This document shows positions 42,711-55,607 of a stretch of 64,000 nucleotides of DNA, one piece after another (the stretch's first letter is position 1; every line of letters begins with the position of its first letter). The position numbers were made by a program, and so were the translations under genes. Source of the stretch: Mayamaea pseudoterrestris (lineage: Eukaryota); assembly GCA_027923505.1 (NCBI GenBank), contig BROI01000002.1, positions 2,232,001 through 2,296,000 of the forward strand, read 5' to 3'. A model generated the notes under the pieces. It had not been told where the DNA came from. It ran no database searches and saw nothing but the letters and a program-made list of their open reading frames with translations.

Positions 42711-44519
42711 TCACTCACCGACAGCCATGTCTAGCGCCATGCCTGCCCAATCAATATTCCAAGACGACTCATTCAAGTAGGCTTCCGATTGCAAATACTC
42801 GTCCAGGTCTCCCGTAGACGCAATTTCGCCTCCAATCGCCAGAAAGACCGCCATGACTGTCAAGTAAAACAGGCAATACAGCGCATTGATTTGCGAGTTG
42901 CGCGAAAGCCACAGCTTGTTTCCGTAGACTCGCAAGGCGCCGACTCGATCCGTCGTGGTCAACACCACGAGTGCCAGAAACAATGGCAGCAGAAACGCCA
43001 CGGCGCTCGTCAGAAACGTTCCGCCCCACTGGAGCAACTCCCCGACGGCATCGCCTTGATACAAGACCCATGCCACACTCCATGGAATCCAAACCACGAG
43101 TAAATTAGCAGTACGCTCGCTGCAAAGACCAGAGTGTGTCAAGTTGTATCGCGCCAAGACGCAAAACAGTGGAATGTCCAGTCCAATGATAAAAAAGCTA
43201 AACAAGCTACCTGCGACTGCCATGCTTGATCCAAAGGTTCCAGCCACCATGGGCGACAGCATGTTGACATTGGCGTTTGGAATCGCCACGGCGGCCAGCG
43301 CACCGACACTTATATAGAGTACTGTCGAAATGAGCGTCGCGCCGCCTACAACCTTGTGGACCTGCACGTGACGCTTCTTTTCGTGCAGCCACGCCGGTAG
43401 TGCCAACACCAAGGTAAAGTTGAACAATATGACGCCAATCATGTTGGTATACGTGGATCCAAAGAGTGGCGCATTGTGCGTCAATATGCTGGCCGTCGAG
43501 TAGTATCGAGGCTTATGAAGTGAGTGATCGTAGTGTGAGGCATTCAAGGCAAGTTCGTACTGCGCGTCTGCCCGCGCCACTTGCTGCCACGACACCATGG
43601 CGAATTGTATGCAAAAGAATAGACATAGTGTCATGGTAAGTAAGAATCCTCCAATCTGCCAATTGGTGTTTTCCTTCAAGTCCATCAAGCAAATGGGCAG
43701 AAACACAATGGCTGTGATAATGTAGCCAGCTGTCAGCAGCAGACTGCTGGATGTTTCAGATGAGCTTGCAAAGGGATCACAAAGCCTCTGCTTGACTTGT
43801 CGTCTCGTGCATGGTCTCGGATGCGCCCATTCAACAAGTATTGGTAAAGGCGACGAAGAAGAAATGAAGGTTGTAGTTTCGTTCAACTGTTGAAAGTCAT
43901 TGTATTGCTGACGGTCGCTCCAAAGTGCAGTACTCATTATATTCCCAACATCTATTGCAACGCTTCCCATGGGCAAATGCAATCCAAGAACCGAGTCAAC
44001 GACTTGCGCCGTATCCACCATGGCGGCCGTATTGAGGCACACGGCCGTCATGAAAAACAATATTTGCGTCAACTTGTAGAATCGCGCGCCTAGGAACATT
44101 TGAAAGGCATCGGAAAACTCGACGCATCTGCTAAAACTCTTGTTGTTGGGAATGCAGCTAACGACATTGGCCATGTGTAGACTGCAGAGCGCCGATAGTA
44201 CTGCGACCAAGCAGAGGCAAATGGTCGTTGGAACGAGGCCAGACTCTTGGTACTGGAAGGGAAGCTGCAACACGGCGGGACCGGCGAGGGAATTGACGGC
44301 AATCGCAACACTTCCCAAGTAGCCAATTTTGGACGAGTCGTCGTGAGTATGATCGTGGTCGTCGTCGTCGTCGTCGTCATGGTGATGCTTGATGGCTACT
44401 TGACTTTCGTCTTGATGATGATTGTAATGACGAGGAAGGAGAAAGGTTGATTCGTCAGTGTTGCTATAATTGTTATTGGTCCTTTCATCGCCATTTACTA
44501 CAACAGCAGCGGCAGTCAT
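42711..44519 (-). CDS. Amino acid transporter (Aa_trans/AAAP family)
   Basis: IGYLGS..AVNSLAGPAVLQLPFQYQESGL and FNF....LPAWLHEK motifs, with about 11 TM helices. Confidence 0.88.
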   Translation of the reverse strand: MTAAAVVVNGDERTNNNYSNTDESTFLLPRHYNHHQDESQVAIKHHHDDDDDDDHDHTHDDSSKIGYLGSVAIAVNSLAGPAVLQLPFQYQESGLVPTTICLCLVAVLSALCSLHMANVVSCIPNNKSFSRCVEFSDAFQMFLGARFYKLTQILFFMTAVCLNTAAMVDTAQVVDSVLGLHLPMGSVAIDVGNIMSTALWSDRQQYNDFQQLNETTTFISSSSPLPILVEWAHPRPCTRRQVKQRLCDPFASSSETSSSLLLTAGYIITAIVFLPICLMDLKENTNWQIGGFLLTMTLCLFFCIQFAMVSWQQVARADAQYELALNASHYDHSLHKPRYYSTASILTHNAPLFGSTYTNMIGVILFNFTLVLALPAWLHEKKRHVQVHKVVGGATLISTVLYISVGALAAVAIPNANVNMLSPMVAGTFGSSMAVAGSLFSFFIIGLDIPLFCVLARYNLTHSGLCSERTANLLVVWIPWSVAWVLYQGDAVGELLQWGGTFLTSAVAFLLPLFLALVVLTTTDRVGALRVYGNKLWLSRNSQINALYCLFYLTVMAVFLAIGGEIASTGDLDEYLQSEAYLNESSWNIDWAGMALDMAVGE

Positions 44520-45235
44520 GGTTTCGTAGAGCTTCAGGATCTGTTGCAGCGGTAGTCGTGATACGAGTGGCTGCTATTCCTACTTGCGCATCATGATGGT
44601 TGTTGCGACTGTTGTCGAGTCGACTTGTGAAATCAGCGGCGACGAGCCCAAGGTGAACCTTTGCAGATTCGCCGATGACAAAGCTTTTCACTCGTGCATT
44701 TGGGTTATGGGGCTACTTTAGCTATCATATTACTGCATCCAAGAATATTCGACGAATCGCAGTAGCTCGTGCTGTATCATCTACAAAAAAGAATGAAACA
44801 GCAGCAGCAGCAACGATGCAAGGACCATTGATTGCACCAGGCCTAAAATACATTTGAAATGTGCCATTGGTTTTCCTTAGCCTTTTTCTTGCACATCAAA
44901 TTTTATCATCACTTCCAATAGGCTTGAGCAATTGATAAGTATAAGACTCGTGAGGCAATTAAAGTACGATATCGTCTCTGTTGCGTTTATCGCTATTATC
45001 GTAGGCAGCAGCCAAGCCTCAAGCGAACGCCTTCAACATTATTGAATGATATTGCCGATGCAACAGCTGGGAACTCGCAGTCACTGGACAAATAAATAAT
45101 AATGCACGCAGACGCAGCTATAGAATACCGCGAGAAGACCAAACAAGTTACAAATAGAATTGCGCTTAGCATTTTATCAATTTACACTACTAATGTATCC
45201 ACATTTACCAATTCCCTCGAAATTATTTACCCTTC

Positions 45236-47068
45236 TTAGTAACGCTTGAGCTTTGGCTTGTGGTTGGCATAGGCCTCGTCAATCTCAATGATTGTCTTTT
45301 CCGCCGTCTCAACCTGGAAGAAGTAAACCATGACTGTTCCAAGAATAATGGTGCCCGAAAAGAAGGCAAAGCATCCGGTAAGACTAGCGGTAGACGCCAG
45401 CGGAAAGATTGCTCCAATCGCGGTGGTCATTGCCCAATTCGTCATTGTGGTGATACCCGTGGACTTTCCGCGTGAGCGGACGGGGAACATTTCGGCGCAG
45501 ACTGTCCATACGACTGGACCCCACGAGTAGGCGAAACCAACAATGTAGACGGCCGCGCAGGCAACGACGGCGTAGCCAATCTTGGTCGTCTGGGCCACGG
45601 ACGACAGAATGGAGCATGCAATGAGCGACACACACATGACGACACCACCGGATAGGAGGAGTTTCACGCGGCCCGCCTTCTCGACGGTTGCAATAGTGAG
45701 GAACGTCGACAAAAAGTTGATGATGTTGAGAATAAACGTTCCAATGATCGACTGCCTAAATGTGTTAGAATGTAGGGGTTAGTCGAAGATGAGCAATATA
45801 ATCAGACTCAAGCCCTCGAGCCACGATGCACAATCCTTTGTTTCATTATCGCGGACATGATAGTAAGACCCGTAACAGCATCCTTCAAAACTTACCTTGT
45901 CCCAAAGAAAGTTGCCAGAATTGTGGGCGCATAGAACATGATGGCATTGATTCCTGATAGTTGCTGAATTCCCTGCAACCCAACTCCAAGCAAAAGGCGG
46001 TAGCGCTGCTTGTTCTTGGCCGCAAAGACTTCTCGCCAATCGGCAACGCCCATCTCCTTCTCCTCCTGACATTCTCGCGCCAGTTCTCTCATTTCAGTTT
46101 CAATCTCGTCGTCGAAACGAATTTTCTTCATGGCAACGCGAGCCTTTTCGTCCATGCCATGTCCAGTCAAGAAGCGAGGAGACTCTGGCATAAAGAGGAG
46201 CGCAAAGCAAAGAATGACCGCAAACAGAATATTGCCACCATATGAGATGCGCCAACCTTGATCCCATCGTTCCAAGCCCAAGTTCGCGGCTGACGCCACG
46301 AGAATTCCCGTGGTAATGGCCAGCTGCCAAAGCGTCGACAGCTGCCCGCGAACGTGCTCCGGTGCAAGCTCGGCAATGTAAACGGGAGAGCACATGGAGA
46401 GACCTCCAATGCCAAAGCCCGCGATGACGCGGGCAACCCACATCATGGTCATAGTTACAGCACCAGCTTGCAAAGCGGCTCCCAGTGTGAACATGATGGA
46501 AGCCACCAGCAAACAGGGACGACGGCCAAACTTGTCGGCGACCCATGGGGCGGAAATGGCGCCAATCGTCGCGCCTAATCCAAACATGCCGTTGATCATG
46601 CCTTGATCGCGATCAATCTCGCGTTGCGTAGCTGGTACACAACTAGTGTCGGACGGATCGCAGTCCCATCCAAAATGGACCTGTGTAAAATGAATCCAGA
46701 TTGGTAATTACGTGTCAGCTAATGGCGCTGCATCAATATTCAACAAGAGTGTCAACACACACTTGATCACTTACGCGGAATCCTTTCATGAGAAACGTCG
46801 CGCCAGCGCCAGCAATGTCGTAGCCAAAGATCAATCCTCCGAGCGCGGCACAAACGGCCACCAAGACGATGAATTTCTTCGTCCTGCGCGGGCGATCCGC
46901 GTAGATCGCCGCCTTTTGCGCCTCCATCTCGTCCGCCGTCATGGTTTCGTTGTGCGACGAGTGATCGGTGTCGCTGCTTGTCTTTTCATGCGCGGCGGGA
47001 GAAACCACTGCATTGTCCTCCGTGGGTGCCTCATAGGCGGCGGCGTCTTCGGGATTGGAAGTCATCAT
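45236..47068 (-). CDS. MFS sugar porter (hexose transporter-like); exons 47068-46775, 46680-45896 and 45755-45236
   Basis: Motifs GGLIFGYD, DKFGRR, YIAELAP..RG, PESPR, QQLSGINAIMFY, WGPVVW..AEMFP and ET..KT..EI. Two GT-AG introns keep frame. Confidence 0.95.
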
Positions 47069-48110
47069 GATGGTTGTAGTTTTGTTGGTTAAGAACACCG
47101 GATATCGGTAGATTGATGGCAATCAAACAGAGAGCTTTCGAAATGGATTTTGTGAGTGAAGCGAAGGCGAGTTGACGGCGAAATGGTGATGACTCGTTGA
47201 TCGGCACAGGCTGTTCTTTTCTGTTCCGCCGCGGCAGACTCGGAAGGCAAGAGTGGCACTTTCATGTCAAAAACAACGCGATAGTTGCTCCGTGAACCTA
47301 TCTCTCCATAAAGAACGACGTCAAAGTGTGACATTTTCATTATGCCCGGATCTCGGAATAGTTTCACTATATAAGCCCAAAATTGCATGCAAACTGCTTC
47401 TTGACACCTGTTGCAGTTTGGCCTTCGAGCGGTCGTATCGAAGGTTGTTTGAATGCTTTTGCTCTGGCGTCGGGGACAATAAAGAAGCAAGCAAACTGCA
47501 TACAGCTTGATGTAATTCAGGGCCGGCAGTGACAGCAATTGCGAGCTTTGCGCCATCGCAAGCGCGTAAACTGTCGTGAGAACGGTAAATTGTTGGTTGG
47601 CAGGAGCAACTGAAGCTTGTCGCTGGCAGATTTCAGCTTCGCTTTCATAGCTTTGGCACAAGTTGAAAAATGGCTCTATCATACGGGTACTGTAGTATAC
47701 ATCAGGTGCGGGCATGCTGGCAGAAGTCATATAAAACAACACTGGTTAGATGATGTCGCATCGCGACAGCGCTTCGCACTTTTGCCGCATCACCTCCCGC
47801 CTCGGTTGCAAGCACAACCAAGAAGCCCTTGCCGCAAACCCAACCGTCTATGCTAGACAGCACTCAACCAGACATTGTTGCTTCGATTGCTCGCAGGCGA
47901 AGGTGTAAACTGCGGTAGTGAGCTTCCACACTACCGGTACGACTATCGGTACGATTGTTAGTACCGGTCCGATACTCAATTAACGCACTGTCACGCGAAG
48001 AGTACCCCACCCATAATCGCGCGCGAATGACCATGATACGGGGCACTGCATCACCCTCCCGAATTGAACCCGCCATCTTTCAAATCCAACCAATTCAGCA
48101 GCATGCCACC

Positions 48111-49747
48111 ATGTGGAAGGCATGGTACCATGAGCACTGCACCTATCTGCCTGCCGTAAGTTGATAAAGTTGATTTCTTTGAGACGGATGCTTTGTTGCC
48201 GCCCAATTGCTGCATGTTCCTACCTTCGATGTGACTGTCACACGCTCGTCGACTATCGTATGTTCGTTCATGCTCGAGAGGAGATTCTCAGCTTTTATTC
48301 ATCTTTCTCACGTTTGCTTCCTTGCAGATGGCTGGCTGGTTTATATTTTCTGCTTTACTGAGCGCCTACAACAAGGTAAGCAACGACAAACACATGATGC
48401 TCATCCATCTACATCGACCTTACTGTCAACGGCAGAGAACAATTGGGCTTTGTATGCCTTTTCCTGTTTCTCTTGAGAGCAGCAAAACATAATGCCTGAG
48501 ATAGAGACTTTACCATTTACGCTTATCGCTCTGACAACCCCTCATCTCATATTTGATTCATTGCGCAGACCGTCTTTGGAAACGGACATTTGGCATTTCC
48601 TTGTCCCTTGCTGCTTACATCAATACACTTTGGAACGCAATGGTTCGTCAGTTGGCTGTTTGGTCGCATGGATGCTTACTATCACGCCAACGCAGCAACT
48701 AGCCTCGGCATTGATCGCATTGCGGAAATGTCTTGGCGTGACTGGTGGACGATTAGTGTACCATGCGGCTTGGTGACGAGCGGCGACATTGGGCTATCGA
48801 ATTTGAGTCTCGTGACAATCAGCATTACCTTTTACACCATGGTCAAGAGTTCGGCTCCCATATTTGTCCTGATATGGGCCTATATTTTTGGAATTGAACG
48901 CATCACGTGTACCTTGATACTTGTGGTGGCCATTATTGCGGCGGGCGAGTTTTTGACAGTGGCTGGTGAAGTGAATTTTGAACTTGTTGGTTTCTTGCTT
49001 TGCTTGTCGGCAAGTATGTTGAGTGGCATGCGATGGACGCTGGTGCAGCTGAAACTGCAAACCTTGGACCCGCCGCTCAAGACGACCTTGGCGACGATGC
49101 GGCTACTGTCGCCCAGCATGTTTTGGTCCATGGTGGTGCTCAGCATGATTGTGGAACGACCGTGGAACAAGTTTGACGGGTGGACGGGCGATCAAATGCT
49201 GTACATTATGGGGCTTGGGTTTTCGGGCGCGCTCATTGCCATTGCCATGATACTTTGTGAGTTTCATCTCATCATGCACTCGTCGGCTGTCATTCTCATG
49301 CTTGGAGGCGTGATTAAGGAGCTTATTACAATCATTGTTGGAGTCTTCTATTTTGATGATCAGCTGAATCGCATAAACATTGCCGGTTGCTTTGTGGTCT
49401 TTCTCGGAGTCATTTTTTACAAAGTGACGCACTATATGGAGAAGAAGGCAAAGGAGGATGCCTTGCGAAAGCGATCAGCCAGTGAGAGTGACTTGTTTGC
49501 AACATACACGAAAGTCGCCTCGTTGGAAAGCGACAACGAAGTGACTTTGAATGGTCGAACAGAAGATGAGACTGATGTTTTGCGACGAAATCGAGGAGAG
49601 GTAGCAGCATTGACCTCTCTCGAGTTGCGTGGCTCGAGCAGGGAACATTCGGGTGAGCGACCGCGCATGTCGCCGAGGGTGTCTCCGACGACTTCTGGCC
49701 AACAGAACGGCCAGCAAGTGGCTTTGGAATTGGAACCAATAATATGA
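48111..49747 (+). CDS. SLC35C2-like / TPT-family nucleotide-sugar transporter; exons 48111-48155, 48328-48375 and 48569-49747
   Basis: The spliced N-terminus reads WFIFSALLSAYNK|TVFG..FPCPLLLTSIHF. Other motifs are DIGLSNLSL..ITFYTMVKSSAPIFVL, SGMRWTLVQ and GVIKEL. Confidence 0.9.
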
Positions 49748-49913
49748 CGAGCGACCGGAATGCTAAAGCTAACTGTACACATATAGACGACATTAATAGA
49801 GACGTAACTTTTGTTGGTCGTTGCGAGAATTTCTATCCGCGGAAATACCTAAATGATCATCAGGTATACTCATCTGTAACGTCGCTCAATTCACTGCCAA
49901 ACACCTATTCACT

Positions 49914-51041
49914 TTAATACTTTGGCTTAAAGTTCATGCGCTCCACCAGTTTCTCAACAATATCACTCGGTCGCATGCTCTGCGTGAAGCAATCGGCAAG
50001 ATCGCCGGTATCGTCGTGACAGTAAATGACAATGGAATGATCCACCAAGTAGTCTCCATCGTCTCCTTCCTCCGCCTTGCTAATGTAGACTCGATACTTT
50101 TTTGCCATTTGCTGCACCTGCGTGGGTGCGCCCGTCAAAAAGACAAACGATGGATGAAAGTCCTTGGCGTACGCCTTCAGAGCCGACAGTGAGTCGCGCG
50201 CCGGATCGACCGACACAAAGACGGGGACCACCTTGTCACGCAGTTCCGGATAATCCTTGGCAAGCATGTCCATGACGCGGCCCATCTTCATCATTTCGGA
50301 TGGACAAATATCGGGACAGCGAGCGAATCCAAAGTAGAGCAAGAGCCACTTGCCTTGAAACTGCTTGTCCGTGACGAGGTTGCCGTCCAAATCAACCAAG
50401 GACCAGGGACCTCCAATGGCTGGCTTACCGGCTGTGAATGGATATGGTAAGAAAGTAGCGCATGCGTGAGTCATCAATATTCACTAACAGAAGCGTCCAT
50501 GGTGCCTTAGTCCCTTATAAAAACTTGACATATGATACACACGAAACACCACACACACACACTCACGCGCTCCAAACCCATCATCTCGCGGAAACCATCC
50601 CATGTTTGTCTTGACGAAGGTTCGTTTCGCCAAATAGTCGGGACGGGGCGTCCATCCATGATCAGACTCACTCGAAACAATCTTGCCCATGGCTTCCTCC
50701 AGGCGCCGCTCTCGCTCAATGCGATAATAGGAAACAGCCGACAGTGCCGCCACTCCCACCAGAAAGAGAGACGGCCACGAGACGGGACCGCGATCGCGAA
50801 TGCGCTGGTATAGTTCATTTTCGGCGCGGCGCTGGGCGCCCGTGCCAGCGTAGGTTGGAGCAGATGCAGTGTTTGTGGTGCTGCTGCTGGTAGTCGCGCC
50901 TTCTTTGCTCGTGCTTTGTAGCCGCCTTGTGCGAGACACGTTTACGCTCATTCGACTAGTATTTGGCAAAGATCTTGGTAGAGTACATGATCCTCGAATT
51001 AGTCGGCCTGTTGTTGCCGCAGCAAGCGAAAGGGACGCCAT
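49914..51041 (-). CDS. SCO1: Cytochrome c oxidase copper chaperone SCO1/SenC; exon 1 ends at 50672 or 50567, exon 2 is 50431-49914
   Basis: Mitochondrial presequence, RGPVSW TM segment, GKPAIGGPW, YFGFARCPDICP (CxxxC), SVDPARD and DYLVDHS. Confidence 0.95.
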
Positions 51042-51294
51042 GGTGAATGAATGAATGGAACGATTTTGACGAATGTGAATGAACGAGTCAGCGTGAGTCA
51101 CAGTGTGACCAGAGTATTCATTTTTTAAAGTATCTTATGGAATGTACACGTCATATCGGTACTAAAAATATCACGGCGACCGTCCACATGGCAAACTTTT
51201 CGTTCGACGAAACGAGCGCTTATCATTGCCTTCCCACGACCAACTTGCAACAGCCAAGTCGGTGAACGACGCTATATATAGACGATATCGTCTC

Positions 51295-53761
51295 ATGGCC
51301 AGAACAATGCTTGATAATCATGCAGAGAGACGGCAGGCAGAGTTACAAAATGGAGCTCTATTGCATGGAAATCCGCGTCGACGTCGAAGACATCAACAAT
51401 CTTTTAATAAACGATCGTTCCTTCTATCGAAGCTGCTGGTCCTGACATGCTGCATAATTAATACATTAAGCTTTTCTTCGCATCCCGTAAGAAGGAGCGT
51501 TTCTCAATCATATTCAAAGAGGATTCAAACGACTCGACTATCATCTGAAGTTGTCCTTGATGCTTCCGTCGCAACATCGGCTACTCAGTTAAAAGCACCA
51601 ATTTACTCGGCAAGCTACGATATTCATCCAAAAACGCAGCCTCTCTTGGAAAGCATTCGATTCTTTGTTTTATTTTGTCACAAAATATTATTGAAACGAA
51701 AGCGACGAGATTTCCTCAAAAAGATCCGCGCCAACCCATTGGCCACCCGCCAGCAAAAGCTACTGGCGCCGTTCAAGTACTACAAACGCACCTTGCGTCG
51801 ACTAGAGGTGCAGCGGCGCAACCTGTCGCAACTGGCTGGATACACGGCGGACATTGTCGCGCCGTCCTTTGCCTTTTTGACGCTGGGCGCGCTACTGACA
51901 TCCATCATTCCGCACTACTACAGCAAGTGCATTCAAGTGGTCGCCACACTTGATCCAGACGCATCCAAAGTGATTCACGCCTTGATGGGTCTGGTGATTA
52001 GTTCCACTTTGGGAGCGCTACTGACGGGTGGTCGCGGCGCGCTCTTTTGGATCGCCGGCTCTCGCGCCAACTACAACATTCGCGTGCGACTGCACCGCAA
52101 CCTGCTGCTGCAGGATGCGTCCTTTTTCGATTCGACGGAGACGGGAACGCTGCTGTCGCGGTTGAACAACGATGTCAACAAGATTGGAATGGTGATTTCC
52201 TATCATGTCAATGTTGTGTGTCGACAATTGGCGCAGTTTATATTTGGAAGTGTTTACTTGCTGCGCATTAGTCCCAAACTTTCCTTTTACGCCTTTGCCG
52301 GAATACTCTTGGTTGCCTACGTGAGTGCCGTGTATGGAGCCTTCAACCGCGAACTGGCCGAGCGCGTGCAAGACACCTTTGCCGATGCCACGGCCGTGGC
52401 GGAGACGAGCTTCAGCATGTCGGAAACGATTCGAGCGTTTAACGGCGTTGAAGTGGATTCGCAAAAGTTTGAGGCTGCGCAGAGTCGGGCGTTGAAACTG
52501 GAGGAGACGCAGGCGTGGGGGTATGGATCGCACAAGTTTATCAGTGATACGCTGCAAGCCATATTACAAGTGCTACTGCTGTTTGCGTGTTGGAAAATGG
52601 GAACTGCTGGCGGATTACCTGCAGCGTCTTTGACAACGTTTATGTTTTATACGAATTTCGTGTTGGAATCGTCCAACGAGGTGGGAGATCAATGGGCCAA
52701 AATTCAAGGTGCCATTGGAGCAAGTTCCAGTGTATTTGAACTTGTTCAGCGTGTCCCTGCCGTGCGTGATCCACCGTTGCCTGTAGTTGATGGTGCAGAA
52801 GGTGCATTGGCACTCAGTGGCAGAAATACGGCCACTAGCAGCAGCGTTATACCGACCAAGACTCCGATTATTGAAATGAAAGACGTGTGTCTCCTATATG
52901 GTGCTATGGATTTGCCGGCGTTAAACAATGTCAACATCAATATATACCCGGGCGATCGTGTCGCCATTGTCGGCAGGTCGGGCTCGGGAAAGAGCAGTAT
53001 GCTTCGGTCCATTCTTCGATTCTACGACCCTTCGTCGGGAACTATAGCATTGGACGGCAAGCTACTCACTGACATGTCGCGACGAGAGATTGCCTCCAAG
53101 ATTGCTGTGGTTCCACAAGAACCAGAGCTATTTCCGATGACGTTGATGGAAAATGTCTTGTTTGGCATTGACAAGGACGCTGTCGATCCAGCGACGGACG
53201 AGCCAATTTACAGCAATGAATGGCGAGAAAAGACGTACGAATGCCTACGGATAGCTGGTTTACCCATTCACCCTGGCAATGACTTGAATTTGGATCTTGA
53301 TACGCGAGTCGGTGACGGTGGTCGGTCACTTAGCGGTAAGTTGTTGCCTGTTGAATATTGTCAAACATCTGGTTGTCAAGTGGAATCTAACTCATGACTC
53401 CATTGTTGTGGTTAAAAAAGGAGGTCAGCGACAGAGAGTTGCTATTGCCAGAGCGCTGATTCGCAAACCGGGAGTCTTGCTTGCCGACGAGCCCACTGCC
53501 GCCCTGGACAGTGCGTCGGAAAAGATTGTCATTGGCGCGCTAAAAAGCGCCATGGAGCATGCCAAAAGCATGGTCATGGTAACGCATCGACTTGGAGTGA
53601 TTCGCCAATTAGAAGTCAACCGCGTGGTTGTCATGGATCGGGGCGAGATTGTAGAGCAAGGGCATCCCGAGGATTTACTGCGAACGAATGGTTTGTACGC
53701 AAGTCTTGCTCGTGAGCAAGGAATCACAAGCGACGATGGGTCCGGACTACGGCGGACGTAG
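51295..53761 (+). CDS. ABCB-type half transporter (TAP/MDL-like TMD + NBD); exons 51295-53335 and 53421-53761
   Basis: FFD..ETG.LLSRL..D; Walker [10 protein letters not shown]-loop VPQEP; the signature LSGGQRQR is rebuilt across intron 53336-53420 (GTAAG..AAG); Walker [13 protein letters not shown]-loop THRL. Confidence 0.95.
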
Positions 53762-54110
53762 CGCATTGCATCATTGCATAGGTACTGTGTATTTCGATTA
53801 AATAATTTTGCTCTCGCTCAGAGATACAGTGCTCTACCGCTACGTAGCGCTGCGGTTGCTTCGTTTGCTATAGTCTACCGCTGAGGTATTCCCGCGATGG
53901 CGCAACATGCGGGTAATTGAGATCTGAGTCTGAGTACCGATACGATGAATGGCTCATCCAAAATAATGACCATGAATGACCGCGACGACGGATCCTTGAT
54001 CAATCTTGCCATCAATTCTTCGACGTTTTTACAATCGACCAAACCCCTCCATCTACGTTTCGTATTCCCGTTTGACTTCGACTCTATACATACTGATTGT
54101 TCAGCAAAAA

Positions 54111-54877
54111 ATGCAACGGCTAATAAGTTTCTCGCTACTCTGTTCACTCGCTACGGCGCAATTCCAAGGCAACAATGAGTTTCACATCACTTCTCAAGCA
54201 ACCATTACTTGTTCGACGGCAGGATTCAAATGTGGATACAATGAGGAAGACTTTAATTCAGTCGATGCCTCGGGGACGGGTCAAGTCACGGTGGGTGGCT
54301 TTGGGGGCATTGAAAACTTGGTTTGGAGTCCATTGGACGTTTCGACGGATACATTGACACTGGATACTTGTCAAGTTGACTACTGTCTTGTGGTAAGCAA
54401 GAATGAATTTGGTTTTCCATTCATCGGAATAAAAATGTAACATCTTTCCTATTCATTCAGGTTTGCAACGTTGGATGCGACTGCGTCGACGAGTCTGGTG
54501 CAGCCTGCGCGGATGGTTCCTTTGCGCCCACGTCGGCTCCAACCGCAGACACTGGTTCCCAGACCTGTCCCCAAGTGAAAAACACGCAGTACTGCGAGGA
54601 GCTGAGTGCAGTGGTGCAGCCTGGCAATTTAGACAACTTTGACTGCTTCAACTTTTGTGGAGGAGCGACAGTTGGAACGTGCAGCTTTGATGGCGTCTGC
54701 GGCGATTTGACCTGCTCCAATGCGACTGACGGCGGAGCATTGGGATTAGTGCAGGGGTGTACTAAGGCGTTGCTACTTGGAGATGATGGGGGAAGCGCTA
54801 GTGGAGCTCAGTCATTGCGGCTGGCTTGGCTGGCACTTTATCTGGCTGTAACGATGAGTCTGGCTTTGCTCGTTTAA
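54111..54877 (+). CDS. Cys-rich secreted protein with a likely GPI-anchor signal; exons 54111-54392 and 54461-54877
   Basis: Signal peptide, a phase-0 68-nt intron, an APTSAPT linker between two Cys-rich modules, and a C-terminal SASGA followed by a hydrophobic tail. Confidence 0.75.
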
Positions 54878-55191
54878 TGTAAATGTTATTCGTTACGGCA
54901 GTGTTGATGTTATTTGTGACTTGGCATTAGCTTGTTAAGGACTTCGACCATTTGTCGTACTCAAAATGTACCGGTACAGTATGACTACTTGAGCGCTGCA
55001 GTATTCCGAAATCTTCTCATACGCTACGAGTACTATGCATTGAAACGCCAAGTAATGACTTATCTTTTACTCTACCTCTAAAAGTCATCAAACTATCGAG
55101 TCAAACAGTTACAGTTTCAACATTAAAAGCATCGCCAAAAGATCAACCGACTGACCATCCCTTATCGATCAATCCATTTCGACGACGCTCC

Positions 55192-55607
55192 TTACGCCGT
55201 GCAGCTCGCCTTGAGGTAAGCAATCAAATCATTGCGATCCTTCTCCTTCTTGAGGCCAGCAAACACCATCTTGGTGCCCTTGATGTACTTCTTTGGGTTC
55301 TCGAGGTACTCGAAAAGGGTGTCCTCCTTCCATACAACTCCTGAATTCTTGTTGGCGCTGGAATAGCTGTAACCCGAGGCCTGTCCAGACTGTCTACCAA
55401 AAAATCCATATAGATTAGGCCCTTGCTTGTGGCTGAGAGTTGAAGAGAAAATTTAAATTGGAAAGTATGAGCAACGGTCGAGAAAGCGAGCGAAATCGAT
55501 CGACGAAAAAGCAGCAGCCGAGCTTTGACCTACCTTCCTCCCTCCTCAACAGTGTGACATTGAGCACACTTCTGCTTGAAAATCTTTGCTCCTTTAGCTT
55601 CAGACAT
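55192..55607 (-). CDS. CYC1: Mitochondrial cytochrome c (104 aa); exons 55607-55534 and 55432-55192
   Basis: Absent from the ORF track. Manual translation gives [41 protein letters not shown]...[35 protein letters not shown], with CxxCH and the Met ligand motif. The intron is 55533-55433 (GT-AG). Confidence 0.98.

Noticed and set aside
47089..47742. 217-aa minus-strand ORF between the two transporter genes
   Set aside because: It has no recognisable motif or coding-like composition and is more likely divergent promoter/5' UTR.
53411..53420. Purine-rich AAAAAAG intron acceptor in the ABCB gene
   Set aside because: It is unusual, but AAG acceptors are tolerated and this one restores LSGGQ exactly, so it is not a frameshift or pseudogene.
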